A DNA stretch of 60,000 nucleotides from positions 120,530,001-120,590,000 of the forward strand of contig NC_087437.1 of the NCBI RefSeq assembly GCF_036321535.1, given 5' to 3'. How positions within the stretch are numbered: position 1 is the stretch's first letter; each line of letters begins with the position of its first letter. Below, in pieces: positions 31,855-41,700 of this stretch. The notes under the pieces were generated by a model, which made no database searches, was not told where the DNA came from, and saw nothing but the letters and a program-made list of their open reading frames with translations. The stretch comes from Camelus dromedarius (lineage: Eukaryota). A program made the translations under genes and the position numbers.

Positions 31855-32553
31855 TGCTACCGAACTCAGGTTCGGCCACTAGTCACTCAAGAATCCAATA
31901 CTGAGAAACAGGTGCTGGATAAAAGGAAAGACAGCTTCTTGAGGAAGCCAGCAATCCTGGGAGAAGATGGACCCATGTCCCAAAGAACCAGTTGCCCCTT
32001 GCTGAATGGGGGCAGGAGCTTTTAAAGGGGAGTTTCCAGGGTCACAGGTGGTGCAGGCAGAGCTACGTGCAGAACAGCACAGTCAGCTCTCACAGTCATC
32101 CTGAAACTGGTCGGCAGCAGTCTGGTCAGCAACATCTTGATTGTTTTAAGTACAGTTAATCTTCAGCTCCAGGGTTGGTTTGTTCCAGTTTCCTTGAGGC
32201 TAGTTCTCAGAATTGTGTAAGAAGGAGCAGCTTATGTCACAGTTACAGTCTGATCATTGTGTAGGTAACTTCATCCACCGGGTGGGGGTTTCAGACTCTG
32301 CAAGGCAGCTCACAGGACACAGCTGAGGGTATTGTCTGTAGCCCTTGAGGAGGCGCTAAAGGTCACTGACTTTGTTTAATGGCTAAACTATTATTTTGTC
32401 TTGTTTGCATTCCTTTGCTTCTGCATTTTCTCACTTTTGTGGTTACATTTATTCTTTGGCTGAAGGTTTTCTACAGACAAGAGGCAGGCGGAGGACAAGG
32501 CTGGGGGTGGGGTCTGTTCCTGGGAAGGCCCCACGGGGTCCTGCTCAGTTACA
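31855..32553 (-). mobile_element. Full-length ERV1-type solo LTR (699 bp)
   Basis: TG...CA termini (tgctac...gttaca) flanked by cttg / ctta, a 4-bp TSD with one mismatch. Confidence 0.8.
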
Positions 32554-33473
32554 CTTACACATTTGTGTAAATCAAAAATAAAACTTCACAATGAACGCAC
32601 TCGATGCCAAGAATTTATATTAAGGAAAATTCATGGGTGGATAGAAGATTTAGCTATAAAAGTGTCCATCTCAGAATTGAGAAGCTCCCTCAATGCCCAG
32701 CCTCCACCCATAGTGAGGAGCCCTGTGTGGTTGGGAAGAGGTGCTTATAGACCCCCAGGACCCTGATGTTTGCCGCACTGGCTGCTGGCTGAAACGCCAA
32801 GTTCCCAGCCCTTTCCTCTGCAGATTCCAAGTCGCTGGGGCTCAGTGGGACGCAGGCACCTGTGGGGCTGATGAATGCTCACTGATGTGAACAGCAGCCA
32901 TCCCTGGGGTGGGGCATTGTGTTTCACAGCTTTCTGTGATTTTCTGTGTTCTTCCAAAGTTTTATTTAAAGGACTTTTTGTTTTTAGAAAACACAGCTTT
33001 TTTATTTCAGAATACTGCATATTCTTGAGAAGTGAATGATATGGTGGGAAAATGTTAGGTATGCTACTGAAAAGCAGTTTCAAAACTGTCAATCAAGTGT
33101 GACTCATATAATTTATACATGATATTCAATTAACATTCAATTAACATGTAATTCATAAAAACTCTACGCACAGAAAATAAAGAACAGATACAGCAGAAAT
33201 TTTTCCTTCAGGTCATAAGACTGGTTCAGTCCCTCCCTTAACTTTTCTTATTTCCTTAATTTTCTTTGATTTTCAATAGTAAAAATTGAGGGAGAAAACA
33301 CACAATCTGGAAGTTAATGTGTTGGCGCTTGGAGCAGCTCTGAGCAGCAGGGGGAATGGGGGATGGGGTCGGGTTTGGGGAGAGGGAGGGGCTGGGTCAG
33401 GATGGACAGGCTGTCTCGTGTATGTTGAAGATGACTCTTCGGGCCCTTGTTCAAAATGGATTAAGAATTTCAA

Positions 33474-33664
33474 AGATAAACAAGATTATACTGTACAGCA
33501 CAGGAAAATACATGCAAGATCTTATGGTAGCTCACAGAGAGAAAAATGTGACAAGGAATATATACATGTTCATGTTTAAATGGAAAATTGTGCTCTACAC
33601 TGGAATTTGACACAACATTGTGTGTCAAATGATTATAAATCAATAAAAAATGTTAAAAAAAAAA
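33474..33664 (+). mobile_element. Short L1 3' end with poly-A and TSD
   Basis: agataaacaagattatactgtacagcacagg...gacacaacattg...caataaaaaatgttaaaaaaaaaa; aatttcaa on both flanks and a TT/AAGA target. Confidence 0.8.
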
Positions 33665-33994
33665 TTTCAAGAAGGCGGCACCAGGGCTACACCAGGTGCA
33701 AACTTCCGCTCGGGGCCAGGCTGCGAGCTGCCCGGACGGACCGCCTGCCACCTGGGACACGGTCCTGGCCCCCAGCTGCGCCGGGCCCACGGGCTGGGCT
33801 GGGTGTCTCCGCCACCTCGTCTCTTACAGACTCTGGGCGTAACCCGGAAGCCTATGTGCTCACGGAGAGAAGGGCAGAAAGCACCCCTCCCTTGCAGGAT
33901 TCTTTTAAGATTCATGAAGGCATCTGAAAAGCCGCGGCACGTACTGGGCACTCGTTAGGTGGCAGTGACTGGTACCTATCTTCCTTACACCTTC

Positions 33995-34440
33995 TTTAGC
34001 GGGTTCAGTGGTGTCCCCCCAAAGTCACATCCACCCAGAACCTCAGAATGTGACCTTAGCTTGGAAATGAGGTCTTTGCAGGTGTAATTAGTTAGGGTGA
34101 GGTTAACAGTGGTTCAGGGTGGGCCCTGACTCCAGTGACTGGTGTTCTTACAAGAAAACAAGAGCACACAGAGGGACAGACAGGAAGAGCTCGTGAAGAC
34201 AGAGCTGCAGGGCAGGACACCACGTGCCGGTGTGCTGTGCCCAAAAGCCAAGGAATGCAGGTGCCCCAGAAGCCAGAGAGGCAGGAAGGAGCCCCTCTGG
34301 AGCCTTCAGAGGAAGCAGGGCCCAGCGGACACACTGATTTCTGACTTCTGGCCTCTAGAACTGGGAGACAGTACATTTCCATTGTTCTCAGCCACCCAGT
34401 TTTTGGCACTTTGTTAGAGCAGCTCCAAGAAACAGGTACA
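33995..34440 (+). mobile_element. MaLR LTR (MLT1C-like), near full length
   Basis: acatccacccagaacctcagaatgtgacctt...gacttctggcctctagaactgggaga...agccacccagtttttggcactttgtt. Confidence 0.85.
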
Positions 34441-34899
34441 CCTCCCTTGCTCATCATACATGCTTCCCAACACGGATGCAAAATTATGCCTTGAAGATGT
34501 CAGTCACACCCTTGGGTCTACTTGTCTCCAAGTTGAACCTTGAGTTGAGAGACCAGACCCTAGGAAAACCCACAGGATCCACGAACAGGGGTTTTCTACA
34601 GCCCAGAAAACAAACACAAGCAGGATAGCCTCAGGATGAGAAGCGGACCCCCACAACACCAGAAGAAATGAGAGACGTTAGTCTTCATTATCCATGGAGT
34701 ACATGCTGACACTTCCATTGCTAACCCGTGCCTAGTGAGGTAGCCACAGCTGTCCCCGCACCTTGCCACCTCTGGGGGCAGGTGAGTAGGACCGAGAAAA
34801 ACCCTGACCTCGGGCTGGGGGGCTGGGAAGGGGGATGTGTACAGAAGTGGGAAACTACACCCTCTCCCCGAGTCCTGTCAGACTTCCTGTTTTTGCTTT

Positions 34900-35550
34900 T
34901 CTAATTTTAAAAACTTTTTACATGGAAATAATTTTAGGTCACAGAAATACTGTAAAGTTTTTGAAAACTCTTCACCCAGTTTCCATAAATGTTGACATCT
35001 TACACGAGCCTAAGCGTGGAGAGGTCATCAAAAGCGGGCAATGACTGCCGAGACGCCCTGCGAAGGGCTCGCATCCAGAGTCCACGCACATCTCACTGCC
35101 ATCCCACCGACGTCCCCGTTCTGGCCCCGGGCTCCTCCCGGTCAAGGCTTCTGAGCCGGCTTCAACCTGAGACAGGTTCCCGGTCTTTCCCATTCATGGC
35201 TTGACACTTTAAAGAGCAAGGATTGCTTACTTTGAGGAATGACCCACAGACTGGGCTTGTCTGTTGTTCCTGCTGAACAGGCGGAGGCTGTGCAGTTTGG
35301 GCAGGACCACCGCCAAAGTGACGCTGTGCCCTTTCAGAGTGTTGTATCGCAGGCACGTGACGCCCAGACGTCTCACACTGGCCACGTTGATCTGTATCTT
35401 GAGTAGGGGAGTGTCAGCCAGGTTTCTCCACCATAAAGTTACTATTTCCCCATCGTAACCAATAAGCAGTTTTGCGGCTACACAAATAATCATATTTCTC
35501 ACCACCTTTTGCCACTCATTTTAGTGTCCACTGACGGCTCTTGGCTGTGA
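34900..35550 (-). mobile_element. Old L1 (L1MC/MD-like) 3' fragment
   Basis: ttcacccagtttcc..aatgttgacatcttac...gccaggtttctccaccataaagttactatttcccc. Confidence 0.6.
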
Positions 35551-35604
35551 TGCACAGCGGACTCTGAAAAGTCTCCTGAAGAGGGATAATTTTGCACCTA
35601 GAAC

Positions 35605-36136
35605 TGTCGATGAAAATTCTTCTGACAATCAAGTTAAGAAGGAAAAAGAGTTTTATTTTGAGCCAAGCCAAATTTAGGACTGTAACCCGAAAGACGGTCT
35701 TTCGGAAAACTCTGGACTGTCCTGCCTGTTAGAAGTCGAAGGCACACTCAGGTACATTTTTGAGACGAAGGGTCGTACATCAAGATGACATAGTGACATT
35801 TTACATAAAGTTCACCCAGGATGCACGGTCCAGGTGAGCAGGCACAAAGCGAGCAGCAGGCCACCACGCCCCCCTGCAGAGCTGGGAAAGAGCGCTGTTC
35901 TTCTGAGAAGTTCCACTGCCGGTGTCAGACGAAGGTAAAAAAATTGGTCTTCATGGTGGAGCAGGCATGCTCACCTTGGAGGAGGTTTGGTCAGTGTGTG
36001 ATGGGGATGAGCCCCACACATTAGGGAGGGAAGCAGGAGGCCCAAATGGACAGAGAGAATTTTTTTTTTTTTTGACAGAGAGAATTTTGTGCCTAAATTT
36101 TCTCTCCTGCCTTAAAATATAAATTTTATTTCATCA
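35605..36136 (-). mobile_element. Full-length ERV1-type solo LTR (532 bp, possibly MER41-like)
   Basis: TG...CA termini (tgtcga...tcatca) flanked by gaac / gaat; reversed AATAAA near the left end. Confidence 0.8.
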
Positions 36137-36837
36137 GAATGAAGTACATTTATTTTTTAGTTACACTGAATATACCATAACTCTTTCATTAACTGTCAGC
36201 ATCTAATTGCTGTATATACTGTAAAGTATATTTTAAAAGTATATGTTGGTGCATTTCATCGTGTGATTTTGGTGAAATTTCGTCAGAAATTCACTGGGCA
36301 GCTACTTACCTGAGTCTGCCCTGCCCTCTCTCCCCTTGAGAGCAGACTATTGCTTAGTAAATCCTTTTTTCACTTCCTTGAATTAAAAAAAAAAAAAGAA
36401 ATCCAGCGAATGTCTACCAAAATCACTGTCTTCTCTAGGCTGTCATTTTCCTGCGTTAGGCTTTCCCACAGCAGGTAGTACCATCCTCTCGAGTGCGTGG
36501 GTTTGTTATCTTACAGCCCAGCACCACCAATGACGTCGTGGGCTCCGGGAGGCAGGGATTTTGTCCTGTTCAACAGCGCCACTGCTGCCTAGGGTGGAGC
36601 CTGGCATTCATATGGTGCTTAAATAGCTGGCAAAAGAACTGAAATAACTTTTTCAAACATAGAAAAAGTTGGAAGTGTAGGGCAATGAACACCTGTATTC
36701 CTGCCACTGGAGTCAACCATTGTCAACATTTTGCCCAATTTGCTCGTGTGTGATTACTTCTCTGTTGACACCATGACACGTCACCCCCGCCGAACACTTA
36801 GCAGTTATTTCCTAAAAGCAGAAATATTCTTCTACAC

Positions 36838-37480
36838 CAGGTGTTGGTGAACCATAATCATTGTGCCTAATCTGGTCCATCACCCATTTTTTAAAATAAC
36901 GTTTCACTGGAGCACAGCCACGCACATTCATGTACAGATTGCCTATAGCTGCTTTTGCATTAGAGCAGTTGTTTTGATCCACAAAGCTGAAAATATTTAC
37001 TACCTCACCTGTGCAGAAAAGTTACCATCAGGCTTCAATGCTCTCCTGAGAAAGTCCTGCTTACAAGTTTGGCCCTTAGCAGGCATCTGGGAATGTGGGT
37101 TTGGGGAGAGTTCCCATTACTTTAACTATGGTAAGAGCGCCTCACAGGGCCTAAACTGTTTGTACAAACAATACAGCACGTGTTGAGCATCTGCCCTCCC
37201 TCTGGGATTCTGGAGGTTTGGTGTGTGCCAGGCAGAGGGTGCTGTGACCAGCTCATGATAAAAACCCTGGGCTCCGATCTCTAACGAGCTCCTTCTGACA
37301 TCTCACAAGTGTCCTCACAGCTCTTCGCTGGCGAGTTAAGCAAGTCTTCAATCCCTGTGCTTTGCATCCTCTTGTCGTAGTAAATCATAGCCGTAAGTCC
37401 TCCTAGCAAATCAGTGAACCTGGGGGTTTGGGTTCTCCTGACACCTGGCCCTTTACAGAAAAGTCTGCTGAGGCCCACTC
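36838..37480 (+). mobile_element. MER58A-like hAT DNA transposon split by a MER21-like LTR (about 37010-37443)
   Basis: Left half ends aaaatatttactacc and right half resumes ctggccctttacagaaaagtctgc, as in the MER58A consensus; the insert carries cctaaactgtttgtacaaacaat and aaaaccctggg..tctctaa..gagct of MER21. Confidence 0.75.
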
Positions 37481-38089
37481 TGTAGAAACATCACTGCAAC
37501 ACCTGAGAAAACAATTATTCTGCAATACGACCTAGTCTATATGCAAGCTTTCCCAATTGTCCCCAAGATGAGTTTTTAAAAGCTTATCTTTTAAACCAGG
37601 ATCCAATCATGATTTGTATTATTGCATCCCGTCCTTTATACCTTCTTCACCCATACCTTTGTTCATGACGTTAGCTGTGAAGCGATGCGGACTGTCCCAG
37701 ACCTGGGCTGGTGAGTGCTTCCTCGTGCCCCGTGTGTGGCCTCCTCTCGTGTCCTGACAGCCGGGATGCAGACTGCCCCACGGGTGACGCCGCTGCACGG
37801 GTGGGGATGCCCGGAGGCGGCGGCAGGCCACTGGGGGCGGGGATGCTTGAGGAAAACCCCAGCCCCCACCACCTTCCTCAGGCAGCTGTGGCATTTTCTG
37901 ATGACCTTCGCCTGAACCAACGATTCACTGGGGTCTTTCTCCTCAGGACCATTCCTCTGTGCTCGCTGGCATTCTTGGCTAGAGAAGAGCCTTCCCTCAG
38001 CAGCGCCCTCCACCCCCGAAAGACGGGCAAACACTTAATAGCCTCCCTTTGGTGGCCAGTGTCCACAATGAATGTCCACCAACACGGAG

Positions 38090-38760
38090 CCAGGCGGACT
38101 TGCCGTTCTGGGGCCGGGCCACTACGAGGCGGTGGCGGGAGCCCGGCGCGGGCGTGTGACGTCACCGCGAGTCTCAGAGGGGCAGGCGCGGGCGGGTGAC
38201 GTCATGCTGCGCCTGGGAGAGGCCGGCGTGGTTGTGTGGCGTCACGCCGCGCGCCGGGGCCTAGCGGCGCGGTAGCTGGCACCCCGGCTCTCCGCGCTGT
38301 CGACATGGGTCCGCGCGTGCAGCTCCCGCCCGAGATCCAGCTGGCGCAGCGCCTGGCGGGGAACGAGCAGGTGACCCGGGACCGGGCGGTGAGGAAGCTC
38401 CGGAAATACATCGTCGCCAGGACTCAGCGAGCCGAAGGTTGGCGCAGGGTTGGCGGGATGTGGGAGGGGGCGCTTCCCGGGCCCGGCGAAGTGGGGCAGG
38501 AGGCGGCGGCGGGCCGGGTTAGGGGACCTCCCAACGGTGGAGCTTCCACGTGCTCGGACCCGGCGGCGGGGCCTGCGGCGGTGCTGCCACTCGCCCACCG
38601 CTCGCGCCCCCGCCCCAGCCGGAGCGCTTGGCCCTGCTCCCCTTCCCCACCCTGGCCGCACCCAAGCTGCGCGGCGCTCACCTAGTGGTGCGGTGGCCAC
38701 GTGTCCCTCTGCGCGGACTCCCCCCTCTCCCCGCCCCTTGTCTCCTCTTCCCCGCTCGGA
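38090..38760 (+). promoter_or_regulatory. RRP1: RRP1 CpG-island promoter with CRE sites TGACGTCA (38157, 38197) and TGGCGTCA (38237)
   Basis: CpG-dense region around exon 1; two perfect and one near-perfect CRE palindromes seen directly. Confidence 0.85.
38305..38437 (+). CDS. RRP1: RRP1 exon 1 coding part
   Basis: gacATGG start; ends GAAG|gttggc. Confidence 0.95.
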
Positions 38761-41700
38761 CCTGCCGTCCTCTGGGAACCGGACCCCCCGTTAGTCCATA
38801 CATCCTGCCATCCTTGCTGCCTGCTGTTTGGGCACCCTCTGTTTTCCCTCAGGGCGGTATTTATCACTGTTGGTAGTTTTCTCCTGTATGGTGGTTGGGA
38901 TGCCTGAGTTTCACTGTAGTGTGTGCTCCTCAGAGAACATGCTTTTTAACTTGTCTCTGTAACCATGGTTCTCAAGATGTGGCCAGGTCAGCAGCTTCAG
39001 CATCACCTGGGTATCTGCTAGAGACGCAGATTCTTGGGTTGCATCCTAGCCCTGCTTAATCAAATCTCTGGCAGTTGGGCCAGCAGTCTGTTTTAAGAAG
39101 CCCTCCAGGTGATGCAATCCTGGTGCTAAAGTCTGGGAACCACTGCTCCAGAACAGGGTGCCAGACACAGTTAGGACCTCAGGACACACTTGTTGAATGC
39201 TCTATATATCTACCTTCATAACTAGCCCGAATGAGGTAACTTGTAATTTTAAAGTTTGAGAAGAGCACAAACCCCAGGTGTAACATTGTGTGAATTATTA
39301 CCAACAAATTTCACCTGCGTAGCTACTGTCCAGGCCAGGAAATGGTGACTCCCTAAATTTTGAATCTCCAGAAATGGAGTACGGGGCCTGATGCGTGTAG
39401 ATTCTCGGTCAACATTTACTGAATGAGTGAAATGGCAGTTACCTGACCAGGGTTGGGGGCGGGTAGGGGTCCCTGCAGCCACAGGCTCAGCAGGTTCAGA
39501 GTTGGGAGGATGGCTTGAGAGGGGGTTCAGGCACCTTTACAGTACGAGGACTTTGGTCTAATTCAGGTGCTCACGTTTCTCAGGCTTTGTTGGGGCACTG
39601 AAAGCTTGGGTTCCTTTAGTCTGAGTGTTGCTGTTTTCGACGCAGGTGGTTTCACACATGACGAGCTACTGAAGGTGTGGAAAGGACTGTTCTATTGTAT
39701 GTGGATGCAGGACAAGCCACTCCTCCAGGTGAGCGCACAGGAGGGAGCAGGAGGGGCTGGGGCAGCATCACTGGGGGGACAGATGTCCACCCTCATTTTA
39801 TACAGAAAAAACATGCCAGGGGGCATTCTAGAGCCCCAGTACTTTTTTTTCAATAGCTAGAGGGGCCAGGACCTCTGGTCATCGTGGTCCTCCCCTGGCT
39901 GAGCTGCCCCCTGCAGCAGCGCTGGTGACTGCAGCGCAGGCAGTGGGTGAGAACCGGGCTTCCTTGTCGTGTGCTTGTCAGAGACGGCAAGCTGGGTGCA
40001 GAAACGGTGGAAGCCAAGGGACAGAACCCAAGTCTCCTGAGACAAGTGTCTCTTCTGCTAGCCTTTTTAAAAAACAGTTTTTATTTTTTAGGGCTGTTTT
40101 AAGTTCACAGCAAAATGAGAGGAAAAGATACTGCGATTTCTCTACACTTCCTCCCCCGAGTCGTGCACGGTCTCCTGGGTTATCAACAGCCCCACCAGAG
40201 TGGGTCACTGGTCACAGTCCATGAACCCACATGTCATGTCGGCGTCACCCAGAGTCCACGGCTTACCTGAAGGCTCCCTCCTGTGTTGTACAGTCTGTGG
40301 GTTTGGGTAAACGCATAATGGCATGCGTCCCTCATTGTATTTTACGCTGGAGCTTCACTGCCCTAAACTGCTCGCCTTTCTAGAGTGTTTCTCAGTGGGA
40401 ATTGTTTACTCTTCAAAAGCACCTGGGCGGTGAGGGTACGTATTTAAAATGCAGATTCCTGGGCTGTATTCCATGCCTACTAAACTAGGACCTCTCAAGG
40501 GAAGGTTCTGGAATCACCTGTTTAGCCTGAGCACTGGGTGATGCTTGGTGCAGTGACACAGGCAGGCAGCAGGTGGTCACCTCCTCTCTGCTGGTTCCGA
40601 GGCTCCTGCTGTCTCCTGTCCCCTCCTTTCCCCCCAGTGGAGGTACTGGGGATTGAACCCAGGACCTTGTGCATACTAAGCACACACTCTACCACTGAGG
40701 CATATGCACCCCCCCGCCCCGCCCCGCCCCAGAGGAGAGAGGAGAGAGGGCTCATACTTGGGGCTCAGCCTCGGTCAGGAGAGTAGTTACTGCCCTTGAG
40801 TGTTGTGAGGTTCTGTCGGCCCGGCCTTCTGGGGGGCCTTTCACAGCCCGTGTGAGACCTGCAGCCCCCGCGCACGCTGGGCTGAGAGGCCCTGCAGAGC
40901 TGGTGCCTGCGATGACTGAGAACGGTTGAGTGACTCTCTTCCTGCTCTTGCTCGTGGCTGTCAGACCTCGTTTCTTTGGGGACTGAGGGCGTTTGTGCTG
41001 TTTCTGTGCAGGAGGAGCTCGGCAGGACCATTTCGCAGCTTGTCCACACTTTCCAGACCACAGAGGCCCGTGAGTATCCTTGCCGAGGTCAGGCTGGAGC
41101 TGCAGAGGGTCGGCTCTGGGACACAGGAGGCTGGTGTTCCGGGGGCGAGAGTGAGACGCCCACTCCAGCCGGCTTCTGTTGGCGCTGGTGTGTGAGACGC
41201 TGTTCTCCGTCTCCCATGTGGATTAACTCAGCATAGACTCGGTCAGGGGTCTGGAGGGCTGATACCGCACCTTTTAAGTTAAAATGGAAATCTGGTGTGG
41301 TGTTAGCAGGCTGATGACTGGCGCTCACCTGCTAGTTGTAAGTCCCTGCAGGGCGTCCCCACCTCTCCTGTTCCCGTTCTCACTGAGGTCGGTAGTTCTC
41401 AGCGCTGCCATCGGCCCGTTGGACTCCGCTGAGTCTTTAAAAAGCCTGATGTCTAGACCCTGGTCCCGTTAATTCAAGCCCTGCAGGTGGGGCCTGGGCG
41501 CCAGCATCCTCCACCTCCCTCCACTGCTCCGAAGGCAGCCAGGGCTGGGCAGCGTCACTGGCGTTGGCCGCGGGACCGTTGCCAGGCAGGCCCTGGCTGT
41601 GTGGCTTATACTGAGCAGACAAAGTCGTGAGCAGTAGGGAGTGTGCAGTTAACGGTGACTACTTTCTCCACTCGAGAGTGTCTTTGACTGCGCTTGAGTC

